A DNA stretch of 64,000 nt. It comes from Myxococcales bacterium (lineage in GTDB: Bacteria; Myxococcota_A; Polyangia; Nannocystales; Nannocystaceae). Positions within the stretch are counted from its first letter, which is position 1, and every line of letters starts with the position of its first letter. Below the pieces are notes generated by a model. It ran no database searches. It was not told the DNA's origin and worked only from the letters and a program-made list of their open reading frames with translations. The translations under genes and the position numbers were made by a program. The stretch spans positions 442,730 through 506,729 of the forward strand of contig JACKDU010000002.1 of NCBI GenBank assembly GCA_020633335.1. The letters are read 5' to 3'. This document shows positions 1 to 8,270 of this stretch, one piece after another.

Positions 1-324
1 GCCCGTGACCTCGCCTTCGCGCCGCGCGGGGCGATCGAGCTCAAGCAGATGGTCCGCGAGGACATCCCCGAGCTCGGGGTGATGGCGGTCGCCGCCCCTG
101 CCCCCGCTGGCGGGACCGCGGTCGTCGGCGGCGCGCCCGACTCGGCGAGCCCGCCCCCGGCCGAGGGCAGCGCCCCGCCGAGCGAGGCGCCCGGCGCCGG
201 CAAGGGATCGGCGTCGGCCAACGTCCGCTCGGCCTGCTCGTGCAGCAGCGAGGGCGGCGATCCGGCGGCGGCCGGGCTCCTCGCCCTCGGCCTCCTCGGG
301 CTCGCGCGCCGGCGTCGGCGCTGA
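1..324 (+). CDS. 3' end of a secreted protein (partial, runs in from upstream) ending in a MYXO-CTERM-like sorting tail (Cys-containing motif, Gly-rich, LLALGLLGLARRRRR)
   Basis: Frame 1 is open from base 1 and shares a frame with ORF 49..324. C-terminus reads '...SACSCSSEGGDPAAAGLLALGLLGLARRRRR' followed by a stop: Cys motif, hydrophobic helix, Arg-rich end, typical of myxobacterial MYXO-CTERM. Confidence 0.5.
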   Translation, partial: ARDLAFAPRGAIELKQMVREDIPELGVMAVAAPAPAGGTAVVGGAPDSASPPPAEGSAPPSEAPGAGKGSASANVRSACSCSSEGGDPAAAGLLALGLLGLARRRRR

Positions 325-367
325 GCGTCCCGGGGCGCGAACGCGCGAACGCGCGCGACCGGGTCCG

Positions 368-400
368 CCCGGCCGCGCGCGCGTTTTTGCGCCCCTCCAG
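368..400 (+). terminator. putative intrinsic terminator (GC palindrome ccgcgcgcgcg followed by ttttt)
   Basis: 'ggccgcgcgcgcgtttttgcgcccc' lies directly downstream of the stop at 324. The GC-rich self-complementary run is followed by T5. Confidence 0.35.
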
Positions 401-457
401 ATTTTTTCGCGTGCAGCGAATTTTCCCCTTGCGCGGCCGCTGGGGGCGGTCCAAGTA

Positions 458-520
458 TTAGACCACTCGGTCGAAACGACCGGTCGAACCACTCGGTCGA
501 ACCAGCCAGTCACCTCCTCG
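458..520. repeat. three direct repeats of ~13 bp (aCTCGGTCGAAc / GACCGGTCGAAC) containing the 10-bp palindrome CGACCGGTCG, immediately upstream of the TetR gene
   Basis: Sequence 'ccactcggtcgaaacgaccggtcgaaccactcggtcgaaccagcc'. cgaccggtcg equals its own reverse complement. Confidence 0.5.
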
Positions 521-539
521 CCCCCGCCCCGACCCGCCG

Positions 540-1202
540 ATGCCCCGCCCCCGCTTCACCGCCCTCGACCCCGAGCGCCGCCAGGCGATCCTCGACGCCG
601 CGATCGAGGAGTTCGCCCGCGACGGCTTCGACGGCGCCTCCTACAACCAGATCATCGCCCGCGCCGGGATCTCGAAGGGGGCGATGTACTACTACTTCGA
701 CGACAAGGCCGATCTCTACCTGACCGCCCTCGGCGGGATGATCGAGCGCCTCTTCGCCGCCCTCGGCGAGCTCCCGAGCTTCGACGACGCGCGCTCCTTC
801 TGGGGCGCGATGCGGGCGCTCATCGCCCGCCTCCTCGCCTTCATCGCCGACGAGCCCCGCCTCCCCGGCCTCGCCAAGAGCCTCCTCGCGCCCCGCGACC
901 CCGCGCTCGTCGAGGCCCTCGCCGGCTACATGGGCCAGACCACCGGGCTCGTCGCCGGCCTCGTCGACGCCGGCCAGCGCCTCGGGGCGATCCGCAGCGA
1001 CCTGCCGACGCCGCTCCTCGCCCACCTCCTCTCCGGCCTCGGCGAGGCGCTCGACCGCTGGCTCATCGATCGCTGGTCCGAGCTCAGCGCCGACGAGCTC
1101 GCCGCCCTCCCCGACCTCAGCGCCAATCTCTTCATCCGCCTGGCCGCGCCGCTGCCGCTCGCCCTCGAGCTCCTCGGCGCCCCGAGCGAACCTTCCTCTT
1201 GA
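540..1202 (+). CDS. TetR/AcrR family transcriptional regulator
   Basis: N-terminal HTH 'ILDAAIEEFARDGFDGASYNQIIARAGISKGAMYYYF' is the canonical TetR_N signature. Length is 220 aa. Confidence 0.85.
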   Translation: MPRPRFTALDPERRQAILDAAIEEFARDGFDGASYNQIIARAGISKGAMYYYFDDKADLYLTALGGMIERLFAALGELPSFDDARSFWGAMRALIARLLAFIADEPRLPGLAKSLLAPRDPALVEALAGYMGQTTGLVAGLVDAGQRLGAIRSDLPTPLLAHLLSGLGEALDRWLIDRWSELSADELAALPDLSANLFIRLAAPLPLALELLGAPSEPSS

Positions 1203-1249
1203 GACAGACAACAACAACCACAACGACCAACGACAAGGAGCGAAAGGAC

Positions 1250-1729
1250 ATGCAACCCGACCCCGAACATTGCCGCTACCTCGACCAGGAGTGCCCCCTC
1301 ACCCTCGCCGAGGGCCTCGAGGAGTTCGCCGCCGCCAACCCCGGCCTGATCCCCTCCGACGAGAGCACCGAGCTCGGCCGCCTCACCCGGGCCCACGACG
1401 CCTGCCACGTCCTCTTCGGCCTGACCACCGCGGTCGAGGACGAGGCGCTCGCCGACACCTGGACCCTCGCCGCCTCGACCGTGACCCTCCGCGAGTACAT
1501 GCAGTACCTCAAGCACGAGGAGTTCACCGACCTGATCAAGCAGATCGGCGCCTGGCCGATGATCCGGGGCTCCGTCCGGGCGATCCCGCGGGCGCTCAAG
1601 ATCTTCGGCCGCTCCCGCCGGATGAAGGAGCGCTGGCCCTTCTTCGGCTACCGCGACTACCTCGACACCCCGCTCGCCGAGATCCGGCGCCGCTTCGGGA
1701 TCGAGCTCCTCCCGCGCCCCACCCACTAG
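1250..1729 (+). CDS. Coq4-like zinc-binding protein (HDxxH-x11-E motif), function unknown
   Basis: ATG at 1250 is preceded by 'aaggagcgaaagg' (RBS). Motif 'RAHDACHVLFGLTTAVEDE' fits the Coq4-family HDxxH(x)11E metal site. Its stop lies 16 bp from the stop of the convergent minus-strand gene. Confidence 0.45.
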   Translation: MQPDPEHCRYLDQECPLTLAEGLEEFAAANPGLIPSDESTELGRLTRAHDACHVLFGLTTAVEDEALADTWTLAASTVTLREYMQYLKHEEFTDLIKQIGAWPMIRGSVRAIPRALKIFGRSRRMKERWPFFGYRDYLDTPLAEIRRRFGIELLPRPTH

Positions 1730-1744
1730 CGCCCCGCGAGCGCG

Positions 1745-4700
1745 CTAGAGCGATCGGGCGATCGCCAGCCGGAAGGTGTCGATCCCGTCGATCTTGTCGA
1801 AGCCGTGGGCGTAGGTGACGAAGAGGTTGATGTACTCGAGGTAGCCGATCTTGAAGGTGAAGATCAGCGAGGCCCCGGCGCCGACCTTGATCGCCTCGCG
1901 CGCGAGCTTGCCGCTCCACGCCCCGCCGATGTCCGAGAAGGGCTGGAGGGTCATCCGCCGGAAGAAGAGCGGGACCGTGCCGAGCCCCCGCTCGACGTCG
2001 GCGATCGGGATCCGATACCCGAGGTTGAGGACCCCGAAGTAGTTGCCCGAGAACGCACCCGGCGCGTAGCCCTGGAGGACGCCGATCTCGGCGAAGGCCG
2101 AGCGCGCGATCAGGGTGCGGATGATGTCCTGCTGCTGCGAGAAGCCGCCGATGAAGTAGGCGCCGCGGCGGCCGAAGCCCCCCGCCGAGGCGCCAGCGCC
2201 GAGGCGCATCGCCAGCACCTGGTGGCCGCGCCAGGGCATCCGCAGGTACTCGGTGTAGGCCGCCGAGATCTGGACGTCGCCGTAGTCGCCGCCGAGGTGG
2301 GGGTCGACGAGCGAGAGGCGCATCGATGCCCGCCGCCCGGTCTCGCTGGCGTAGGCGTGGCGGACCGTGCGGGTGTTGTCGTAGGCGAAGCTGAGGTCCA
2401 GCTGGCCGACGTCGCCGACCAGCGGCAAAGTCGACGCCGGCGCGTTGGGATCGACCGGCTCGCCGGCGTCGAGGTTGGTGTAGCGGGTGAAGGAGTAGCC
2501 GAGGCTCGCGTCCGCCTGGTGGATCGGGTGGCGGAGCACCGGCACGCCGAGCTCGGCGGCGAAGCGGGTGCTCCGCTCCGCGTAGGTGTTGCGGAAGTAG
2601 GTCCCCTCGTCGGGGTGCTCGTAGTCGTAGCGGTTGAAGCCCTTGCGGTAGGCGAAGCCGCGGCCGAAGGCGAGCGCGAGGCTCGGCACCAGCTGGTAGA
2701 GGCGGTAGCTCACCGAGCCGACCGGCTGCTGAGCGTCGAAGTAGTAGCCGAAGGAGCCGCTCAGCGAGTGGAGGCCGACGACGTCGGAGATCGACGAGTT
2801 GAGCCCGAAGAAGCGGCCGCTCTCCGCCCCCTGGTACTCGACGTTGGCCGGGACGATCACCCGCGGGAACATCGTCCGGCTGGGGCGGTAGCGCCGGCTC
2901 CGCTGGCTCGCGTGGCGCCCGCGATCGACCCCGAGCTCGGGGGTCGGATCGTCGATCTGCGGGAGCGCGTCGATCACCGGCAGCGGTTCGAAGAAGGCCT
3001 CGGGATCGAGGTCCATCACCCAGATGTCGTAGCCGGTCGAGCTCGCGCCGACGTAGGCGAAGCGCTCGCCGTCGTGGCTGACCACCGGCTCGAAGGCGCC
3101 GCCGAGGACGTTGGTGACCTGCCAGAGCTTGGCCGCCTCGACCTCGTAGGCGTAGACGTTCATCACCTCGTCGCGGTCGCTCGAGAAGAGGATGTAGCGG
3201 CCGTCCGGGGTCCACGAGGGCTCGATGTCGAGGAAGCGATCGGCGGTGATCCGCTCGACCTCGCCGCGCTCGCGGTCGTAGACGTAGATGTCGCGGTAGC
3301 CGCCCTCGCGCCAGCCGGAGAAGGCGACCCTCTTGCCGTCGGGCGACCACATCGGCGAGAAGACCTGGGAGATCCGGTCCATCGGCGGGATCTCGGTGAC
3401 CTCGAGGGTGTCGAGATCGAGGAAGGCGAGGCGCGACTGGGCGCTGTCGTTGCGCGAGAAGGCGACGCTGTGGCCGTCGGGCGAGACGTGGGGATCGCGG
3501 GCCCGCATGCCGAAGGTGAGGCGCTCGATCGCGCTCGGGTTGGGCGCGTGCCAGCGGTAGAGGTCGTTCCAGGCGTAGCGGAAGTCGTGGGTGCGGACCT
3601 GCTCGAAGACGATGTCGTCGGAGACCGCGACGAAGGAGCCGGTCGCCGACTGCTGGACGTCGAGGATCCGCTCGACGTCGAGGTTCATCCCCTGGCGGCC
3701 GATGCCGACGCCCTCGCGGATCCGCCCGCCGCGCGCGCGGATCCGCCGGAGCCCCGGGTTTCGGTGGCCGTCGTCCTCGTAGAAGTAGACGTGCTCGTCG
3801 TCCGGCGCCCAGAAGGGGTGGCGCGAGAACTGGCCGGAGGCGGCGTTGCCGACCGAGAAGGTGAGGCGCCGCCCCTCCCGGATCCCGCGGGCCCGGATCC
3901 GCCGCGCCTGCGCCTGGAAGCGGCGGGTGGTGTCGAGCTTGAACTCCTCCCAGAGCTGGTAGTAGTCGACGCCGATCACCTGCTTGAGCGCCCGGTTGAT
4001 CGAGTAAGGGATCAGGCGCCCGCCGTAGATGTGACCGAGCTCCTGGAGCTTGTCGCGGCCGTAGTGGGTGGCGATGTAGTGGATCAGGTGGAGGCCGTAG
4101 AGGTAGACGACGGTCGCGTGCGGGAAGACGTTGGCGCCGCTCGAGACCCGATCGATCGGCAGGAAGCCCTGCTCCAAGACGTGGAGCCGGAGCATGTTGT
4201 CGAACTGCGCCGAGCGCCGCCGACCCTGGCTGGTCAGGTGCGACTCCTCGTAGGTCGCCAGCCCCTCGACGTACCAGCGGGGCTGGAGGATGTTCGGCGA
4301 CCAGAGCTTGCCCAGCACCCCAAAGCCGACCAGCGCGTTGATCAGCCGCGGGATCCCGTGGACGGTGTCGAGGTGGACGACGTGGACGTACTCGTGGGTG
4401 AGGAGGATGTTGAGCCAGTCGTCGTAGGACTCGAGCACCGACATCGAGTCCGGCGCGGTGACGAAGGCGTTGATCCGCGGGAAGGGCACCGCCGTCGCCG
4501 AGCCGTTGGCGCCGTCGGTGTTGTCGACCATCGTGATGTGGGTCTTGAGGAAGGGCGCGTGGCCGTAGGCCGCCGTCAGCCGCTCGTGGGCCCGCTCGAC
4601 GTGCATCGCCGCCCGCGCAGCCGCCTCCTCTTCGCCCGCGTAGTAGTGGATGTAGAAGTGCTCGGTCTCGAGGGTCCTCCACTTGAGATCGCGGCTCGTC

Positions 4701-4903
4701 GCCCCGGCCTCGGTCGGCGATCCGAGCACCCCGACCAACACGCAGAGCCAGGCCGCTGCGGCCGCCACGCGCCGAGATCGGGACCAGGTTGCGGGAGCGC
4801 CGGCCACAGCCGCACGAAGCCTAACAGAGCCCAGGCCGCCGCGGCCCCCCTGCGCGACGCGGTCGCCCTCCGGCGTCCGCCCCTCAGCCCTCGGCCGACT
4901 CAT
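1745..4903 (-). CDS. large exported protein: N-terminal HExxH region (HEYVHVVH), multiple TolB/PD40-type beta-propeller repeats, C-terminal beta-rich (Omp85-like?) domain
   Basis: Signal-like 'AAAAWLCVLVGVLGSPTEAGA'. PD40-like repeats 'SPDGHSVAFS', 'SPDGKRVAFSG', 'TPDGRYILFSS', 'SHDGERFAYVG'. C-terminal third has alternating aromatic/Gly beta-strand patterns. Preferred start is ATG 4903, which overlaps the upstream stop as ATGA. The ORF also extends to ATG 4951. Confidence 0.7.
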   Translation of the reverse strand: MSRPRAEGRTPEGDRVAQGGRGGLGSVRLRAAVAGAPATWSRSRRVAAAAAWLCVLVGVLGSPTEAGATSRDLKWRTLETEHFYIHYYAGEEEAAARAAMHVERAHERLTAAYGHAPFLKTHITMVDNTDGANGSATAVPFPRINAFVTAPDSMSVLESYDDWLNILLTHEYVHVVHLDTVHGIPRLINALVGFGVLGKLWSPNILQPRWYVEGLATYEESHLTSQGRRRSAQFDNMLRLHVLEQGFLPIDRVSSGANVFPHATVVYLYGLHLIHYIATHYGRDKLQELGHIYGGRLIPYSINRALKQVIGVDYYQLWEEFKLDTTRRFQAQARRIRARGIREGRRLTFSVGNAASGQFSRHPFWAPDDEHVYFYEDDGHRNPGLRRIRARGGRIREGVGIGRQGMNLDVERILDVQQSATGSFVAVSDDIVFEQVRTHDFRYAWNDLYRWHAPNPSAIERLTFGMRARDPHVSPDGHSVAFSRNDSAQSRLAFLDLDTLEVTEIPPMDRISQVFSPMWSPDGKRVAFSGWREGGYRDIYVYDRERGEVERITADRFLDIEPSWTPDGRYILFSSDRDEVMNVYAYEVEAAKLWQVTNVLGGAFEPVVSHDGERFAYVGASSTGYDIWVMDLDPEAFFEPLPVIDALPQIDDPTPELGVDRGRHASQRSRRYRPSRTMFPRVIVPANVEYQGAESGRFFGLNSSISDVVGLHSLSGSFGYYFDAQQPVGSVSYRLYQLVPSLALAFGRGFAYRKGFNRYDYEHPDEGTYFRNTYAERSTRFAAELGVPVLRHPIHQADASLGYSFTRYTNLDAGEPVDPNAPASTLPLVGDVGQLDLSFAYDNTRTVRHAYASETGRRASMRLSLVDPHLGGDYGDVQISAAYTEYLRMPWRGHQVLAMRLGAGASAGGFGRRGAYFIGGFSQQQDIIRTLIARSAFAEIGVLQGYAPGAFSGNYFGVLNLGYRIPIADVERGLGTVPLFFRRMTLQPFSDIGGAWSGKLAREAIKVGAGASLIFTFKIGYLEYINLFVTYAHGFDKIDGIDTFRLAIARSL

Positions 4904-5760
4904 CCCTCGGTCAGAAACCCGCGGATCCGGGCGACCAGGGCCTCCGGGCACTCCTCGTTCGGCGCGTGCCCGCAGCCCTCGATCACCTCCAGGCGCGCCC
5001 CCGGGATCAGCGCGGCGAGGCGCTCGCCGTCGCTGGGCGGGATGATCCGATCCTCGGCGCCCCAGACCAGGAGCGTCGGCGCCCGGATCCCGGCGAAGCG
5101 CGGGCCCATCGGCGACATGTCGACCAGGTGCTCGAGCATCGCGTGGGCGGCCTCGCGGCGCCCCGGGCGGGCGAGGCGGTCCCAGTAGACGTCGATCGCG
5201 TCGTCGTCGATCTTCGCGGAATCGGCGAAGACCTTCTCGAAGTAGCGGTGGAGCTCGGTGCGGCGGTAGACGTTCTTGAAGAGCGCCGGCCCGACCCGCG
5301 GGAGGAGGGCGACCCAGCCCTCGAGGGGGAGGCTCATATCGAAGCAGACCGGGTCGACGAGGACGAGGCGCGAGACCCGCTCGCCGAGGACGTGGGCGAG
5401 GCAGGCCGCGATCGTCCCGCCGGTGCTGTGCCCGACCACCGCGAGGCGGTCGATCTCGAGGCGATCGACGAGCTCGGCGAGCACCCGGGCGTGCCAGTCG
5501 AAGGAGTAGCCCTCGGCGATCACCGGCGCCGGCGCGTCGCTCTCGCCGGCGCCGAAGAGGTCCGGCGTGAGCACCCGGTGCGCGCGGGCGAGCATCGGCA
5601 CGATCCGCGCGAATTCGTGGTGATGGACCAGGAGCCCGTGGATCAGCAGGAGGGGCGGAGCCGCGGCCGGGCCGCGCTCGCTGAGGTAGAGGCGGCCGTG
5701 GCTGAGGGTGAGCATCCGCGATCGATCGACGATCGCCGGCGCTGCCGGTCGGATCCTCAC
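4900..5760 (-). CDS. alpha/beta-fold hydrolase
   Basis: 'LLLIHGLLVHHHEF...VVGHSTGGTIA' shows the HG oxyanion motif and a GHSxG nucleophile elbow. Start 5760 overlaps the ptsI stop (ATGA). Confidence 0.8.
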   Translation of the reverse strand: MRIRPAAPAIVDRSRMLTLSHGRLYLSERGPAAAPPLLLIHGLLVHHHEFARIVPMLARAHRVLTPDLFGAGESDAPAPVIAEGYSFDWHARVLAELVDRLEIDRLAVVGHSTGGTIAACLAHVLGERVSRLVLVDPVCFDMSLPLEGWVALLPRVGPALFKNVYRRTELHRYFEKVFADSAKIDDDAIDVYWDRLARPGRREAAHAMLEHLVDMSPMGPRFAGIRAPTLLVWGAEDRIIPPSDGERLAALIPGARLEVIEGCGHAPNEECPEALVARIRGFLTEG

Positions 5761-7610
5761 CCCTCCTCCTCGGCCGAGCGCCCGCCCCCGTGCTTGAGGT
5801 GCTCCGGGAAGCGCTCGCGCATCGCCGCCAGGACGATCTCGTTGGCCTCCCGCGCGGTCGTCGTCGCCAGCACCTGGGCGGCGATCGCCCGCATCTCGGC
5901 CGCGGTCGAGCCGCGGATGATGTGCTTGATCACCGGGACCGCGCTCGGGCTCATCGAGAGCTCGGTGATCCCGAGCCCGATGAGCACCCAGGTGAAGCGG
6001 GGATCGGCCGCCATCTCGCCGCAGAGCGAGACCGGCACCTTGTGGCGCGCGCCGGCCTCGGCGACCCCCTTGATCAGCCGGAGGATCGCCGGGTGGAGCG
6101 GCTGGTAGAGGTAGTCGACGTCGTCGTTGTCGCGGTCGACCGCCAGCGTGTACTGGATGAGATCGTTGGTGCCGATGCTCATGAAGTCGACCCGCGCCGC
6201 CAGGAGATCGGCGCAGATCGCCGCCGACGGGGTCTCGATCATCACCCCGACCGGGACATCGTTCGCGTAGGCCATGCCCGCGCTCTCGAGCTGATCGCGG
6301 GCCTCGGCGACCGCCTCGAGGCCGGCGTCGAGCTCCTCGAGCGACGAGACCAGCGGCAGCATGATCCGCAGCGGGCCGTGGACCGCCGCCCGCAGGAGGC
6401 CGCGGAGCTGGTCGAGGAAGATCTCGCGCTGACGGAGCGCGAGCCGGAGCGAGCGCAGCCCCATCGCCGGGTTCGCCTCCGGCTTCGAGAAGGGGATCAG
6501 CTTGCTCGGCTTGTCGGAGCCGAGGTCGAAGGTCCGGAAGATCACCGGGTAGGGCGCGTAGCGCCGGATCACCATCTTCGCGGTCCGGTAGTGCTCCTCC
6601 TCGCGGGGGAGCGCGTCCCGGTTCATGTACATGTACTCGCTGCGGTAGAGGCCGATCCCCTCGGCGCCGTAGCGGATCCCGAGCTCGATGTCCTCGGTCA
6701 GCGAGAGGTTCGCCCGCGACATGACCCGGAGGCCATCCTCGGTGATCGCCGGGAAGGCGTGCTCGCGCTGGACCCGCTGCTCGAAGGCGTCGTAGCGATC
6801 GCGCTCCTCCTCGTGCTCGCCGAGCTCCTCGCCCTCCGGGCGGGCGATCACCTGACCGCGGACGCCGTCGACCACTACGAGGTCGCCTGTCATGACCTCA
6901 CCGAGGATACCGTCGACGCCGACGACCGCGGGGATCTGCAGCGATCGCGCCATAATTGCCGAGTGGGAGGTCTTGCCGCCGGCGGCGGTGACGATCCCCG
7001 CGACCTGGCAGCGGTGGAGGTGGGCGGTGTCGGCGGGGCTCAGGTCGTGGGCGATGACGACCGAGCCGGCCGGCGGCGTGATCTCGTGGGTGTGGTCGCC
7101 GAGGAGCGCCTGGAGCACCCGCTCGGCGAGGAACATGATGTCCGAGCGGCGCTCGCGGAAGTAGTCGTCGTCGGCCCGATCGAGCATCTCGTGGACCTCG
7201 TCGGCCGCCGTCGCCACCGCCCACTCGGCGCCCCGCAGCTCCTCGCGGATCAGGACCTCGACCCGGCCGATGAGGTCGGGGTCGCGGAGCATCATCTGCT
7301 GGGCCTTGAGGATCGCCCGGTGCTCGCCGTGGGGGAGGCGCCCCTTGATCACCTCGATCTGCTGGCGGGTCGCCCGCATCGCCTCCTGGAAGCGCCGGAC
7401 CTCGTCGTCGGCGACCTCCCGCTCGATCTTGGTCCGCGGGACGTGGACCCGGCGGCGATCGATCACGTAGGCCGGGCCGATGCCGATCCCGGAGCTCGCC
7501 GCGACGCCGCTCCGCTCGTGCCGCGGCGCCGTCCGGGCGCCCTCGCTGCCGGCCTCGCTCAAATCTCGCCGAACCCCCCGCGGACCAGCTCGGCGAGGGC
7601 GTCGAAGCAC
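5757..7610 (-). CDS. ptsI: phosphoenolpyruvate-protein phosphotransferase (PTS enzyme I)
   Basis: 'GGKTSHSAIMARSLQIPAVVG' is the phosphohistidine region. 'GSDKPSKLIPFSKPEANPAMGLRSLRL' and 'CGEMAADP' are PEP-utilising TIM barrel motifs. ATG 7610 would overlap ptsH by 52 bp. An in-frame TTG at 7562..7560 abuts the ptsH stop and may be the true start. Confidence 0.9.
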   Translation of the reverse strand: MLRRPRRAGPRGVRRDLSEAGSEGARTAPRHERSGVAASSGIGIGPAYVIDRRRVHVPRTKIEREVADDEVRRFQEAMRATRQQIEVIKGRLPHGEHRAILKAQQMMLRDPDLIGRVEVLIREELRGAEWAVATAADEVHEMLDRADDDYFRERRSDIMFLAERVLQALLGDHTHEITPPAGSVVIAHDLSPADTAHLHRCQVAGIVTAAGGKTSHSAIMARSLQIPAVVGVDGILGEVMTGDLVVVDGVRGQVIARPEGEELGEHEEERDRYDAFEQRVQREHAFPAITEDGLRVMSRANLSLTEDIELGIRYGAEGIGLYRSEYMYMNRDALPREEEHYRTAKMVIRRYAPYPVIFRTFDLGSDKPSKLIPFSKPEANPAMGLRSLRLALRQREIFLDQLRGLLRAAVHGPLRIMLPLVSSLEELDAGLEAVAEARDQLESAGMAYANDVPVGVMIETPSAAICADLLAARVDFMSIGTNDLIQYTLAVDRDNDDVDYLYQPLHPAILRLIKGVAEAGARHKVPVSLCGEMAADPRFTWVLIGLGITELSMSPSAVPVIKHIIRGSTAAEMRAIAAQVLATTTAREANEIVLAAMRERFPEHLKHGGGRSAEEEG

Positions 7611-7840
7611 TTCGCCGCGTCCCCGCCCGCGCAGCGGAGGCGCACCTTCGACCCCTTGCCGCAGGCGAGCATGAGGACGCCGAGCATGCTCTTGGCATTG
7701 ACCTCGGTCTCGCCCTTCGCCAGCCAGACGTCCGATTGAAACTTGTTGGCGAGGCTCACGAGCTTGCTCGCCGCCCGGGCGTGGAGGCCCAGGGGGTTGA
7801 CGATCTCGAGCTCACCGGCGACTTCCTGTGCCTTGCTCAT
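7559..7840 (-). CDS. ptsH: phosphocarrier protein HPr
   Basis: 93 aa. 'NPLGLHARAASKLV' contains the His-15 region and 'GKGSKV' the Ser-46 region. Start overlaps the EIIA stop (ATGA). Confidence 0.85.
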   Translation of the reverse strand: MSKAQEVAGELEIVNPLGLHARAASKLVSLANKFQSDVWLAKGETEVNAKSMLGVLMLACGKGSKVRLRCAGGDAAKCFDALAELVRGGFGEI

Positions 7841-8262
7841 CCGCTCTCCTCCGGAGGACGTATTGTGACCGATCGCTGGGCCGAGGCCGCGCAGGCGGCC
7901 GCGAGCTCGGTCGGGCCGAGGCTCGCGCGATCGAGGGAGGCGAGCTTGAGGAGCATCGCCAGGTTGAGGCCCGAGAGGAGCGCGAGCGAGTGTCCGACGC
8001 CCTCACGGAGGCCGCAGGAGCACGGGCTCGCGCCCAGGAGATCGACGACGAGGAGGACGCCGGCGCCGTGATCGGCGGCGCCGATCTCCGCGAAGAGGCG
8101 CTGCGCGAGCTCGGGGGTCTGGCCGGCGCCGGCGTCGACCGCCACCACGTCGTCGAGCGCGTCGCCGCCGACGATCCCGCGGGCGGCCTCGAGGAGCTGC
8201 GACGCGGTGCTGCCGTGACCGACGATCACGACCCCGACCGTGTGCTCTGTGATGGGAACCAT
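7837..8262 (-). CDS. PTS EIIA component, mannose/fructose family (regulatory, paired with HprK/RapZ)
   Basis: 'VGVVIVGHGSTASQLLEAA' is an EIIA-Man fold with the phosphorylatable His in the GHG context. 141 aa. It sits in the conserved position between rapZ and ptsH. Confidence 0.75.
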   Translation of the reverse strand: MVPITEHTVGVVIVGHGSTASQLLEAARGIVGGDALDDVVAVDAGAGQTPELAQRLFAEIGAADHGAGVLLVVDLLGASPCSCGLREGVGHSLALLSGLNLAMLLKLASLDRASLGPTELAAACAASAQRSVTIRPPEESG

Positions 8263-8270
8263 CCCCTCCC

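Noticed and set aside
1596-4682. 1028-aa minus-strand ORF, and the 1127-aa plus-strand ORF 1805..5188
   Set aside because: Extremely R/G/A/P-rich with no motifs. They are alternative frames of the real 1745..4903 gene, whose translation has PD40 repeats and normal composition.
5790-7739. 649-aa plus-strand ORF opposite ptsI
   Set aside because: Antisense shadow of ptsI (G/R/D/E/V-rich, no domain).
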